Part shown: positions 30,395 through 41,294 of the stretch, one piece after another
Numbering within the stretch: the stretch's first letter is position 1
How the letters are laid out: the number at the start of each line of letters is the position of its first letter
Origin: Nitrosopumilus sp.
GTDB taxonomy: Archaea; Thermoproteota; Nitrososphaeria; Nitrososphaerales; Nitrosopumilaceae
DNA length: 64,000 bases
Reading direction: 5' to 3'
Assembly (NCBI GenBank): GCA_965205425.1
Contig: CBDBGZ010000004.1
Span: 224,001 to 288,000, forward strand
Notes under the pieces: model-generated
The model's input: only the letters and a program-made list of their open reading frames with translations
Told to the model about the DNA's origin: nothing
The model's database searches: none
Translations under genes and position numbers: made by a program

Positions 30395-31326
30395 GGCTTA
30401 TTCCATTCCTTCACTTTTTCTCTCCAATTTAATGCAAGATCATTTACTCCTTTGGAACGTAATTCTTCGCCTGCATTTTTTCCTAGGGATTTTGGGTCGT
30501 CTTTGTTTCCAAGTTTGTTTACCTGAAGAGATTGTTTTCCATCTACAGAGAATGCAGATACGCTCAAAGTCATCTCAGAACCATTTGATTTGGCATATGC
30601 CCCTAAAGGAAATCGGCATCCAGAGTCAACATAGTCAGAAAGAGAACGTTCAGCCTCTATTTCTAAACGAGAGTCAGCATCTTCAATTTTTTTTAACATC
30701 GAAATTGTTTCGATATCATCTGCTCTTGCAACAATTGCAATTGCACCTTGCCCTGGAGAAGGAGAGAAATCTTCAACGGGTAAGGGAGTATGGGTTACAT
30801 CAACTCCTAATCTAGATATTCCAGCTTGTGCAAGAACAATAGCATCATAGTTGTCTCCAGATATTTTTTTTATTCTAGTTTCAATATTTCCACGAATTGG
30901 TTTTACAATGACATCAGGTCTTTTTCTAGATACTTGAATTGCTCTTCGTAATGAGCTAGTTCCAATTATAGAGCCTTCTTTGATAGTATCTAATGTTGAA
31001 CCGTCTGAAGAAATGAAAACATCATTTACTGCTTCACGTTTTGGAATAGATGCAAGTATTAGATTTTCATCTAGTTCTGACGGAACATCTTTGAGACTAT
31101 GTACAGCAAAATCTACCTCTTTTTGAGCAACTGCTCTATCAATTTCTTTTTCAAAAATTCCTTTTTGATCTATTGTAAATAACGGTCTAGTATCAGTGTC
31201 ACCTTTTGTTGTAATTGGTTTGATTTCATAATCACATTCAGGATTTACTTTTTTTAATTCTGATATTACCCAGTTTGTCTGTGCAACAGACAGTTGACTT
31301 CCTCTAGCCCCAACTATGTACTTCAA
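30391..31326 (-). CDS. hemC: Hydroxymethylbilane synthase
   Basis: RGSQL, AVHSLKDVP, GTSSLRR, IRGN. Confidence 0.97.
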   Translation of the reverse strand: MKYIVGARGSQLSVAQTNWVISELKKVNPECDYEIKPITTKGDTDTRPLFTIDQKGIFEKEIDRAVAQKEVDFAVHSLKDVPSELDENLILASIPKREAVNDVFISSDGSTLDTIKEGSIIGTSSLRRAIQVSRKRPDVIVKPIRGNIETRIKKISGDNYDAIVLAQAGISRLGVDVTHTPLPVEDFSPSPGQGAIAIVARADDIETISMLKKIEDADSRLEIEAERSLSDYVDSGCRFPLGAYAKSNGSEMTLSVSAFSVDGKQSLQVNKLGNKDDPKSLGKNAGEELRSKGVNDLALNWREKVKEWNKP

Positions 31327-32600
31327 TTTTTCACCGATTTTAATGCAGAATGATATGCATCAAGTGTTTTGTTGAGATCAGTTTCTGTATGGGCATCAGA
31401 TAGGAAAACAACTTCAAATTGAGAAGGAGTAATAAAGATACCTTTTTTCAATAAAGTTTGGAATAATTTTTGAAACTTCTTTGCATTTGCATTCTTTGAG
31501 GTTTGATAGTCCACTACAGGCTTGTTTGTGAAGAAAATCTGGAACATTGAGGCTGTAAAATTGATTTGATGGGGGATTTTCATGTCAGTTGCCATATCAT
31601 CTAGAGCAGTTGAGAATAATATATTGAATCGTTCTAGTTTGGAGTACAGTTTATTCTTAATTTTGTTAATTGTTTTAATGGAACTAATTGCAGCACTTAC
31701 AGAAATTGGATTTCCTGCAAAAGTACTTGCCTGGTAAACTTTGCCGCCTGGAGAAAGCAAATCCATGATTTCTTTTTTTCCACCTACTGCAGAAATTGTA
31801 AATCCATTACTGAGTGCTTTAGCCATTGTAGTAATATCAGGTTTAATTCCAAAATACTCTTGAGCTCCACCAGGTGCAACTCTAAAACCAGTAACTACCT
31901 CATCAAAGATTAATGGGATGTTATTTTCTTTAGTTATTTTTCGTAAATCAGAAAGAAAGTTCTTTTCAGGTAAAATCAATCCCATGTTTGCAAGTATAGG
32001 TTCTACAATAACTCCAGCAACATCTTTGTTTTTTCTAATTGTTTTTTGTAAATCTTCAATGTTGTTATACTCTACAACCAAAGTATTTTTTGAAACCTCA
32101 TCTAATCCACCATCAGATACTGAAACACCATTATGTGCAGCACCAGATCCAGCTTTTACCAAAACAGAATCATGTGCACCATGATAACATCCTTCAAATT
32201 TTATTATTTTTTTCTTTTTTGTAAAACCACGTGCCAGTCTTATTGCAGTCATTGTAGCTTCACCACCAGTATTCATCAATCTGATTTTGTTAACTGACGG
32301 GAAATTCCCAATGATTAGTTTTGAAAGTTCGGTTTCAGATTCAGTTGGAGTACAATAAAGAGTACCTTTTGATAATTGGTTAGAGACAGATTTTATGATC
32401 TCTTTTCTTCTGTGTCCTAAGAGTAATGCCCCATAACCGTTGCAAAAATCAATGTAACGTTTATTGTCTGCATCCCAAATGTATGCACCATTTGCTTTTT
32501 TTGTAAAGAAAGGATAAGGCTCAAAATATCTAACAGGGCTATTAACGCCTGAGGGAATTATTCTTTTTGCAGCATTAAATAATTTTTTGGATTCAGACAC
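31323..32600 (-). CDS. hemL: Glutamate-1-semialdehyde 2,1-aminomutase
   Basis: GVNSPVR, KFEGCYHG, FDEVVTGFR, TFAGNP. Confidence 0.97.
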   Translation of the reverse strand: MSESKKLFNAAKRIIPSGVNSPVRYFEPYPFFTKKANGAYIWDADNKRYIDFCNGYGALLLGHRRKEIIKSVSNQLSKGTLYCTPTESETELSKLIIGNFPSVNKIRLMNTGGEATMTAIRLARGFTKKKKIIKFEGCYHGAHDSVLVKAGSGAAHNGVSVSDGGLDEVSKNTLVVEYNNIEDLQKTIRKNKDVAGVIVEPILANMGLILPEKNFLSDLRKITKENNIPLIFDEVVTGFRVAPGGAQEYFGIKPDITTMAKALSNGFTISAVGGKKEIMDLLSPGGKVYQASTFAGNPISVSAAISSIKTINKIKNKLYSKLERFNILFSTALDDMATDMKIPHQINFTASMFQIFFTNKPVVDYQTSKNANAKKFQKLFQTLLKKGIFITPSQFEVVFLSDAHTETDLNKTLDAYHSALKSVKN

Positions 32601-32739
32601 TATTCAAGGTGTATTTTTGGTCATTATTAATCGTAATAGAGGACAGAAAAGCGTAGATTCGTATTTTCTATTTTATTGCAGTACCAATACGAATTTCATT
32701 TGAAGGATAACCAAGGATTCTAATGAACTGTGTAGTGTT

Positions 32740-33604
32740 TTGCATAAAGCCATCAAGAAACAAACCCACAGTGTACAAATGGCAGGCATAATACATGAAT
32801 TGAATCAAACTGGAGTAAAACTTACAGAAGAAAATAAAGGCCTAGTTTTAGATTATATTCAATTTCTGAGAAATAGTAATGTGTTAAGATGGGGATTGAA
32901 TACTTGTATAGCGAAAAGATAAAGTTCGTGAACTAAAAATCATCAAAAAACTAGAGATTAGATGATTTTACCTAAGGTAAATACGAATAAACAATCTGAA
33001 ACACCTTGAAAATAGTTCATGAACATATGCTTCTCGCTATACAACAAATGCAGAGCCACCATTTATGCATCTTACAAAATATGGAGAAAATGTATTTTCA
33101 AAAGATGCAGCCTTGTTTACCATAGGTGTAATCGTAATAGCCCCACTTAGTTTTTTTGGAAAACAGTGGTGAAATAAAAGGATAAGAAAAATAGATGTCT
33201 CAAAAAGTTTACATGCAGAATTAAAAGATGCGATGAATGCATTAAATGGTACTGCTAAACGCCAAGTTATGGAAATAGAAGTTGATAGTGTTAAAAAATA
33301 CTATACTATGACATTTATGAATTATGATATGTATGATAGTTTAATTTTTTCAGGTGAAATACAAGTATTAGATTATGAGTTACAACAAAAAATTCAAGAC
33401 ATATTTAGAAGAATAAAAAATCATAAAGAATATCTTAAATATACTGCTGAACTTAGAGACACCGCTAAACTACATGATAAAAACGTAGATGCAACAACAA
33501 CCCCGATTTATGGACACATGACAGATATTGAAACAGAATTAGAAGAAAAATTAATTCCAGAAGCAATTAGGGAACTAGAAAAAAATTTTAGTTCGTCTTC
33601 TTAG
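32740..33604 (+). pseudogene. Decayed reading frame broken by a MITE and a TGA at 33170-33172 (3' part is ORF 33233-33604)
   Basis: After MITE removal ORF 32740 reads on (...NTCTTNAEPPFM...GKQW*NKRIRK...) in frame with 33233. Confidence 0.45.
32907..33041. mobile_element. MITE type 1, copy 2
   Basis: Same sequence as 8263-8397, TA-flanked. Confidence 0.9.
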
Positions 33605-34322
33605 GTTTTCCAGATACTGGTTTTCCACCGGCATTAGTTCCTAATGCAGAAGTATCTTCACTAGCATACATTGGTGTACCCATGTCCTTCTTAACTGGTT
33701 TTGATTTGTTTTAGGCCATGATAGTAATGTGTTAAATTGTTATTTAAATGAGACTTGGGAATAATGATTTACAAAAATAATTTCCAATATTTCTCTAGCA
33801 ACACAACATTCTCTTTACAGTTCTTGGATTCTCTGCACCAATTGCACAGTTGTAGTAAACTCTCAACTGATACACAAGAACACAAATCATTATAAATGAT
33901 TTGACATTGTGTAAACCCTTTACAGGCAATACTCTGATGTCAAAAATATCATCTTTGAGATACTCAAATACAGGTTCAATTGAGACTTTTCTATCTGCAT
34001 ACAACTCTTGACCAATTACAGAATTGTAAAACTCTGCGAGTTTTATTCTCTCTGGCGGCGTATGCGGGTATTGTTTTATTGGAGTAACTAGTCTCAGATT
34101 TTTCTTGTTGCTAAATTGGTGTAATGAACCATTGTCATATGCAGGATCACGTGAGATATTCTAGACAAATCCCGCAAGATTCAGTTAGTATTTCATACAT
34201 CTTCTTGCCGTCATGAACATTTGCAGTACTAACACTGGCAGACAATGGTACTGATGTATGTGTTTAGGTCACGCCTAGATTAAACCGAATAATTTAGATC
34301 AGAGAAGAATTTTCAAGAAATA

Positions 34323-35588
34323 ATGGACTCTAAACCGTGCAAAAACTGTGATGATTTGGCAAGAAAAAATATAGAATTGGAAATCAAAATCAAGCAGCTG
34401 GAATCAAAATTATCTTACTATGATAACCCAAACTCTCCGCCATCATCTGATTCTCTCCATTGGAGGAAACAAAAGAAGAACAGAAAATCAAACCATCACA
34501 ACAAACCAGGACAAAAGCCGGGACACAAGGGAACAACTACTAATTTCAAACCAACAGAGACCATTCTTCACAAAACAGACCAATGCTCAATATGTAGCAG
34601 CAAGAAGATAGAACAAACCACACAACAAACCAGAATCATTGCAGAAATTCCAAAACCGCAACCAGTTATCATAACCAAACACGTAATCCACTCATACTTT
34701 TGCAACAACTGCGGCAACACAACGACATCTGATTGTGCAATACCCCAGAAAGGAAATTTGGGATTTAATTTGACAGGGATCATACTATCTCTGTGGTCAG
34801 CTAGAATTACACTAAGAAACATTGCAAAGATGCTTCAATCATTTTATTGTATAAAAATATCTGCAGGTACAATCAACAATTGTCTGTGTAACACTTCTGC
34901 AGCACTAGAACCTGTCGTAGAGAAAATCAGAGATGACATCTGTACCTCAAAATCTGCGCATTTTGATGAGACAAAATATTCCATTCATGGAAATACGGGA
35001 TGGGTATGGACTGGAGTGAACCAGAACTCGTGTTTTATCACAGTTGAGAAAAGTCGAGGCAAAAATGTGTTACAGAAACATTTCCCATCATTTGCAGGAG
35101 TTGCAGTCTGTGACGGATGGATGCCATACCATATGTTTAGTATCAGACAGAGGTGCTGGGCCCACATACTGCGTGAGGCAAGACACACATCAGAAAAACT
35201 AGAAACAGACAATTCTACCTCATTGTATCAATCTTTGAAAGAATTGTTTGTATACATCACATTATACAAAATAGAAAAACCAAATTATTTTCTGTATGAT
35301 TCTGCCATACTGTCATTGGAGCAAATCCTGTTACAATATACTGATGATGAATCATTACAAAAATTTCTAACCAAGATTAATAACGCAAAGAATAACCTGT
35401 TCACATTTTTGCTATATCCAGGAGTGGAACCAACAAACAATGCAGCTGAGCGTGCATTACGAGAGTCAGTAATTTGTAGAAAGATTCGTGGATGTGTTAG
35501 GAATGAGAAGGGTATGAGAATGTTTGGAAATTTAATGAGTTGTATTATGACATGGAAGGTTAGGATAGTTAAGGCATTAAATATTTGA
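34323..35588 (+). CDS. IS66 transposase with its last 12 aa replaced by the insertion
   Basis: Identical to 1837-3117 up to WKVR. Confidence 0.9.
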   Translation: MDSKPCKNCDDLARKNIELEIKIKQLESKLSYYDNPNSPPSSDSLHWRKQKKNRKSNHHNKPGQKPGHKGTTTNFKPTETILHKTDQCSICSSKKIEQTTQQTRIIAEIPKPQPVIITKHVIHSYFCNNCGNTTTSDCAIPQKGNLGFNLTGIILSLWSARITLRNIAKMLQSFYCIKISAGTINNCLCNTSAALEPVVEKIRDDICTSKSAHFDETKYSIHGNTGWVWTGVNQNSCFITVEKSRGKNVLQKHFPSFAGVAVCDGWMPYHMFSIRQRCWAHILREARHTSEKLETDNSTSLYQSLKELFVYITLYKIEKPNYFLYDSAILSLEQILLQYTDDESLQKFLTKINNAKNNLFTFLLYPGVEPTNNAAERALRESVICRKIRGCVRNEKGMRMFGNLMSCIMTWKVRIVKALNI

Positions 35589-36712
35589 ACACTTTAACAA
35601 CTCGAACCGCTCCATTATCTAGTCTCTTCTGCATGTGTTTTTTCATTTCAGAGCCATTGACGAAGAATTGGTTTGCAGTTCCCTTTTTCTCTTCTCTCCA
35701 CTGTATCTCAATTGGGTTTAATTCTGGAGTGTATGCAGGAAAATATCTAATTATCACTTTATTTTTTGATGCTTTGAGAAATTCTTTTACTCTGAAACTT
35801 TTGTGGTATGATGCATTATCTGCAAATAATAACAGTTTCTTACCAAATTGTTTTTGCAGTGACTCTAAAAAATCAAGAAATGAGTCTGTGTTTGATTTAT
35901 CATAGAACCTGCAAAAAAATATGCCGTTATTCCCCAATGCACCAAATGATTGAAACTTTTCTCGAGTATAATTAATTGGTGTGGTGATGTTATTGCCTGC
36001 AAGATACCATCCGCGCTTTATGTTGGGTGCTACCTTATTTGTTGACTCGTCCAGACATAGTGTGGTGTATCCCAATTTGGAATATTTGTTGACTGTCCTT
36101 TTTGCGTTTTTTTAAAACGGTTCTGCTCCTCTTTTGAGGCTGATTTATGATGAGTTGGTCTTGGTTTTTTAGATGAGAATCCAATTCTGTGTAGCAATTC
36201 ACGCATTCCACGTGCAGAGTATAGCGTGTTGTATTTTTTATTCACATGTGTAATTACCATTCTTGTACTCCACATGAATTGATTGAATCCAAACTTTTCT
36301 GGACCTGAAATTAGATCATCTCTTAATGACACTAGTTGTTTTTTATTTAGAAAACATCTAGAACCAGAATATTTCTTGCGGTGTGATGCCGTTATTCCCT
36401 CTTTATCCATTCGATTTAGCCAGTAGGACAGAGTTGATGGTATGACATCCAAACTGGCACATATCACAGAATACGGAATATCTTGTTTTCTTAGTATTGC
36501 AGCCTTTAGTCTTATCTTTGCTTTTGCATTTTTTTCATTCTTGCATGTTTTTCTTAAAAAATTAATGCTTGTTCCTTTCATGAAATGGCTTCCTGAAGAT
36601 ACCATTAATGCTTTAGTTTGTTTTGACATGATTCTGTAAGTATAAACTATGATCATAGATCTTTTGGGTTAAAATAGTTGATAATTCATTCAAAATTTAT
36701 ATGCCTAAACTA
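35566..36712 (-). mobile_element. IS630-family element B (1147 bp)
   Basis: IRs TAGTTAAGGCAT / ATGCCTAAACTA; GA duplicated; lengths sum (1368+1147+2=2517). Confidence 0.9.
35569..36656 (-). CDS. IS630 transposase expressed by -1 frameshift (orfA 36030-36656, orfB 35569-36075)
   Basis: TTTAAAAAAAC (FKK) slippery site; orfB has LDES, DNASYHK, YTPELNPIEIQW. Confidence 0.87.
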
Positions 36713-37372
36713 GAATTGCAATATTTTAGATGAAATTGTGAAATATGTGTGAGTCTGGACCTAAACACGTACGTACTGATAATTTTCCAGTACTGCAACT
36801 CATGTGTAGTTTGTACCCAAATATACAACCCTTTGATTTTGAAAAACCCCATTTTGCATCTGTGTCAATTCCTGAGATTGGAATTCTATTCTTTTTCATA
36901 TCTGACTTGTGCCATCTGGACCTGTAGCTTTTAGCATGGAACTATCCACTGATGCAGATATGTCATCGACTAGTTTATCGGAGATAAACTGATTTTCCAT
37001 ATCACTGATCATATCACCAATTGGCAGAACATGAAATCGTCTGTCAATGGTTCTTCTGTTTGGGATTTGAGTTAATCTGCAAACCTTGAAGAATTTATCA
37101 TTGGTATCCTTAGTCGAAAGGAAATAATGTAATGTATTGTTGCTTGGAATTCTCATCCATGACTTTATGATGAACATCTGCTGTACCATCAGATTGTAGA
37201 GTATACGTACGGTCTACCAGGTTTTCAGTATCTCCTCATACAAAGACAACATTCCCACCAAATGTAACACGCCAATAAGAAATGATTCACATCTTTGTTG
37301 CCTGAGGAGTTTTACATTCATGTTACAATGAAATAATATTGTAAAGATCCTTAGCTTTTTTGATTTGAATAA

Positions 37373-38278
37373 GGTGATTGTAAACCTATTACCACCAACT
37401 ATTTTTGAGTAATTATTGGAAAAAACAATCAACATAATTGAGTTATCTAAAATAATTCACAACAAATCAACTGCATTGGAATTTCTCTGCAACCAATTCA
37501 AAAAGAAAAACACAATTCATTGTTCATCATGTAACTCTGAGAATTACTATATTATTTCAAGAGGGAAACTAAGATGCAAAGATTGCAAGACAGATTATAG
37601 ACCGTTTGCTGGAACATGGTTTGATATCATCAACATTAATTTTACAAAATGGTTGGCCCTAGTCAAACTATTTGATCTTGGGATTAGTGCAAGACGTGCA
37701 GCTAGAGAAGCGGATGTCAGTTATCCAACTGCACTAAATGCTTTTGATTGTATTAGATATGCCATACTGTATCATCTAGCAGAATCTGACAAGAAACTAA
37801 AAGGGAAAATTGAGGCTGACGAGGCGTATTTTGGAGGAAAAAGAAAGGGAAATCGTGGCAGAGGTGCCAAGAACAAGACCATCGTATTTGGCATACTGGA
37901 AAGAAAGGGAAAAGTTCACGTTGAGATTGTAAACAACGTCAAAGCTAAAACTCTTCTTGCAAGCACCATCAAGAAAGTAAAGAAAGGAAGTATTGTGTAT
38001 ACGGACAAGTGGAAAGGATATGATTCTCTAATTTTCAATGGTTACAAGCATCTCTCAATAGACCACAGCAAAATGTTTGGTAAAGGCGATGTTTACATAA
38101 ATGGAATCGAAGGGTTTTGGAGTTTTGCAAAAGAGAACATGGCAAAGCATCACGGAGTAAGTCCAGGAAAGTTTTTGTTGTACATCAAAGAAATGGAATG
38201 GAGATACAACAACAGAGATGAGGATACTTTCTCATTATTGTTAGATTATGTGTTGGTGGTGAATAATTGATAATCACC
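37373..38278 (+). mobile_element. IS1595-family copy 2
   Basis: TSD TTGAATAA at 37365-37372 and 38279-38286. Confidence 0.93.
37416..38270 (+). CDS. IS1595 transposase
   Basis: Protein identical to 3767-4621. Confidence 0.95.
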   Translation: MEKTINIIELSKIIHNKSTALEFLCNQFKKKNTIHCSSCNSENYYIISRGKLRCKDCKTDYRPFAGTWFDIININFTKWLALVKLFDLGISARRAAREADVSYPTALNAFDCIRYAILYHLAESDKKLKGKIEADEAYFGGKRKGNRGRGAKNKTIVFGILERKGKVHVEIVNNVKAKTLLASTIKKVKKGSIVYTDKWKGYDSLIFNGYKHLSIDHSKMFGKGDVYINGIEGFWSFAKENMAKHHGVSPGKFLLYIKEMEWRYNNRDEDTFSLLLDYVLVVNN

Positions 38279-38418
38279 TTGAATAATTTGAGAATTGACT
38301 TAAAAATTAGAATTAGTTATGCCCATGTCTCATGTATTTAAAGAAAACGTAGAAAAGAAGCTACTTTTTAAAATTAGAGTCAAAATACACTATTATTTCC
38401 TAGAAATTTGACATCATC

Positions 38419-39108
38419 TTAATTTTGGTCGTTATTTGCAGATCTTTGTATCTGAAATTTCTTTCTAAACAGGAAAGCAGACATCATAGTTCCAACAAAG
38501 GGAGCAGTCCAATAAAGCCAAAGATTTTCAAATGCTCCAGACAATAATGCAGGAGCTAGTGCCCTAGCAGGATTCATAGATGCGCCTGAGATAAAGGCCA
38601 AAAACAAAATATCCAATCCAACTATTCCTCCAATTGCAACACCACTAAACCCTTTGAGACCTTTGGTATACACAACATAGAAAATTACACCCATCAACAT
38701 TGCAGAAGCTAGTACTTCAACTGAAAAAATTACAAATAGTGAAAAATCAGGGTTCGGTGCATTTGCTCCAAGATTTACTTTGTTTCCAATGAATGTTAAA
38801 ATAAAAAGAGAACCCAATAACGCACCAATAATTTCTGCTGCAAAATAATATACTACTTGAATTTTTGAAATATGACCAGTTATGTAATAACCAATAGTAA
38901 CTGCAGGATTGAAATGTGCCAAAGAGATTTTTCCAAATGAATAAACACCAATAAGTAATGCAATGAATGGAGCAAGAGCTGCAAATGGAATTCCCAATTT
39001 ACCATCAAAGACTTCAGCATCATAAACTATCGAACCTGTTGCAAAAATTACAAGAATAAAAGTTCCAACTAACTCTACTGTAAAAATTTGTAAATTAGAA
39101 TATGCCAT
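38419..39108 (-). CDS. MIP/aquaporin channel, probably arsenite-associated
   Basis: HFNPAVT and SMNPARA; coupled to arsC. Confidence 0.92.
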   Translation of the reverse strand: MAYSNLQIFTVELVGTFILVIFATGSIVYDAEVFDGKLGIPFAALAPFIALLIGVYSFGKISLAHFNPAVTIGYYITGHISKIQVVYYFAAEIIGALLGSLFILTFIGNKVNLGANAPNPDFSLFVIFSVEVLASAMLMGVIFYVVYTKGLKGFSGVAIGGIVGLDILFLAFISGASMNPARALAPALLSGAFENLWLYWTAPFVGTMMSAFLFRKKFQIQRSANNDQN

Positions 39109-39515
39109 TAATTTGTATCCTCAAGAGTTTTGATCAAACTAAGAACTTTAGATTTTATTTTATCTCTAATTGCTCTTACTTCATCAATAGATTTTTCTTT
39201 TGGATCAGAAATATTCCAATCTAAAACATCTTTTACAAATAGTGAAGGACATGATTCTTTATCCATACATCCCATGTTGACAGTTTTAGAAGAATTTTCA
39301 ATCATCGAATCAGACAATATCTTTGGTTGTTGAGTCACCATATCAACTCCAATCTCTTTCATTGCCTCAATCACAGTAGGATTAAGTTGTGAAGAGGGAG
39401 TGGTGCCTGCACTAGAAACGTTGAATCTATCTGGAGCATATTTTCTAAAAAAGGCTTCAGCCATTTGGCTTCTACCTGCATTTTCTACGCACACAAACAG
39501 TATATTTTCAGTCAT
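39108..39515 (-). CDS. arsC: Arsenate reductase (LMW-PTP type)
   Basis: FVCVENAGRSQMAE, MGC....CP, W.ISDP. Confidence 0.9.
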   Translation of the reverse strand: MTENILFVCVENAGRSQMAEAFFRKYAPDRFNVSSAGTTPSSQLNPTVIEAMKEIGVDMVTQQPKILSDSMIENSSKTVNMGCMDKESCPSLFVKDVLDWNISDPKEKSIDEVRAIRDKIKSKVLSLIKTLEDTN

Positions 39516-39561
39516 TTTACTAATATCACATAAATATTAGTTTATATAAATTTAAATTGAT

Positions 39562-39861
39562 ATGAATGGTGTCAGTCTCTTAAAATGTATTTGTGATGAA
39601 ACACGTTTTGAGATTTTAGAATTACTACAAAAAAACAAAGAACTCTGTGTAAATGACTTTGTAGAAAAATTAAAAAAAGACCAACCACTAGTGTCACACC
39701 ATCTAAAGACATTGAAAAAATGTAGAATAGTCAAATCAAGAGATGAAGGTAAAAAAGCAATGTACACAATTACAAATAATCAATTATCAGAATTAATTTC
39801 AGTAGTAACTAAAACAAGTAAAAGGATTCCAGTTTTATGTTCAGATGACAAGTGTTGTTAG
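39562..39861 (+). CDS. arsR: ArsR/SmtB-family regulator, divergent from arsC
   Basis: ELCVND, VSHHLKTLK, terminal CC. Confidence 0.88.
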   Translation: MNGVSLLKCICDETRFEILELLQKNKELCVNDFVEKLKKDQPLVSHHLKTLKKCRIVKSRDEGKKAMYTITNNQLSELISVVTKTSKRIPVLCSDDKCC

Positions 39862-40160
39862 AATTTTTCAGTTCGTACTACGCCAACATTACTAACATAA
39901 AGAACAATTGCAAAGTTTGCAAATAAAGTTCGTGAAATTTCCTCTACAACATCTTGTAGTTTTTCCTCACGCATAATTACTTCAACTTTAACATTTTTTT
40001 CAGTTTTTAAACCTTGACCACGAAATCCTCGTGCACCATTACCATCAACCTCATATGTGGTATATCCAGTAATTTCATGTTTTTTAAGAATCTCAATGAT
40101 ATTTTCTTGTGCTAAAATCTCACAAGTTATTGTAAGTAGTTTAACATTATACAGTTTCAC
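39858..40160 (-). CDS. sbtB: PII-like protein SbtB
   Basis: TGYT..V.G.GARG, NVKVEV, VVRTEKF; follows sbtA. Confidence 0.85.
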   Translation of the reverse strand: MKLYNVKLLTITCEILAQENIIEILKKHEITGYTTYEVDGNGARGFRGQGLKTEKNVKVEVIMREEKLQDVVEEISRTLFANFAIVLYVSNVGVVRTEKF

Positions 40161-41242
40161 AGAAATACCTCAGTAATGTAATTGAATAAGTCTATCGTTC
40201 CTTCTCCAGAATGAACAAGTGTGGAGATGGTAAACAAAATAGGCAATGTGACAATGATGTTAAATGGGAATGTTATCCCCAGAGCAGATGTAATGTATAG
40301 ACTTGGTTTCGCTTCAGGAATTGCATGTCGTAAAACTGCTGGTGCTGCAATAAATGAAGCACTAGCCATGAGTAATCCAAACATGACTGCACCACCCACG
40401 CTCATCCCTAATGCAGTTGAAACTAAAACCCCAATTATTCCATTAAACAAAGGTATGATTATCGCAAAAGAAGTAAGAAAAATACCAACTTTTTTGATAT
40501 CGTCAAGTCGTTGACCAGCAATTATTCCCATTTCAATCATGAAAATTACGATTGCTCCAGTAAACATATCGTCAAATACAATCTTAATGGATTCAAAACC
40601 TTCTTCTCCAATTATGTAACCAATCACAATACTACCAAGTAAAATTACAATTGCTTTTCCAGTAATGGATTCACACAATACTTTTGAAAGTTTTATCTTA
40701 GTTTGGTTTAATCCAACATCAATATCAGTAGTGTTGTCATCAGAGAAAGATTGTTTCTTCTGACGGATTTGCTTTGCTACTGCCATATTTGTCATAAAGA
40801 TTGCTAAAATGAAAGCAAGAGGTTCTAACACTGCAAGAATTGCTGCAATGTATCCTTCTGAAGTAACTCCTTGATTTTTCAAAAACGATAGACCAACAGA
40901 GAAATGAACTGCACCAACTGCACCATAAGTAGATGCTAAAGCATATGAATCAAAAAGATTGAACTTTCCAAGTCTTCGTAAAATTTGATAGTGATTTAGT
41001 GTAAACAACAAAGATAAACCGATTGCAACTAACATTGGAATTAACATATTTTCAAATCCAGTATTTCTCATCTCTATTCCGCCATGCAATCCAATTGCAG
41101 CAAGAAGATAGATAGGTAAGAATTCAGAAATAGCTTCAGGGATTTTTAAATCAGATTTTATTCTAGCTGCAATGATTCCAAACAGAAAGAATAGAATTAT
41201 AGGAGTTAGTAGATTTGCCTGAATTAATTGTAGTATGTCCAT
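40157..41242 (-). CDS. sbtA: Sodium-dependent bicarbonate transporter
   Basis: KSDLKIP, YLL.AIGL.GG, ASASFIAAPA, LGITFPFNI. Confidence 0.9.
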   Translation of the reverse strand: MDILQLIQANLLTPIILFFLFGIIAARIKSDLKIPEAISEFLPIYLLAAIGLHGGIEMRNTGFENMLIPMLVAIGLSLLFTLNHYQILRRLGKFNLFDSYALASTYGAVGAVHFSVGLSFLKNQGVTSEGYIAAILAVLEPLAFILAIFMTNMAVAKQIRQKKQSFSDDNTTDIDVGLNQTKIKLSKVLCESITGKAIVILLGSIVIGYIIGEEGFESIKIVFDDMFTGAIVIFMIEMGIIAGQRLDDIKKVGIFLTSFAIIIPLFNGIIGVLVSTALGMSVGGAVMFGLLMASASFIAAPAVLRHAIPEAKPSLYITSALGITFPFNIIVTLPILFTISTLVHSGEGTIDLFNYITEVFL

Positions 41243-41294
41243 TTAATGTTTCAAAAAATTTTTGCTGAAATAAAAACCAAGGTATTATTGAAAA

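Larger units (their letters stand above)
34256..36772 (+). mobile_element. IS66-family copy 2, interrupted near its 3' end by IS630
   Basis: Same IRs as 1770-3137; TSD GTACTGAT at 34248-34255 and 36773-36780. Confidence 0.93.
33750..38331 (-). mobile_element. Degenerate GAGAC-ended IS hosting IS66(IS630) and IS1595 insertions
   Basis: Ends GAGACTTGGG (33750) and GCCCATGTCTC (38331); fragments 33795-34004, 36896-37189 etc. match 46644-47660. Confidence 0.88.

Noticed and set aside
33741..38342. TATTTAAA as TSD of the 33750-38331 element
   Set aside because: Offset by 1 and 3 bp from the IR ends, unlike the flush TSD at 46562-47726; probably chance in AT-rich DNA.
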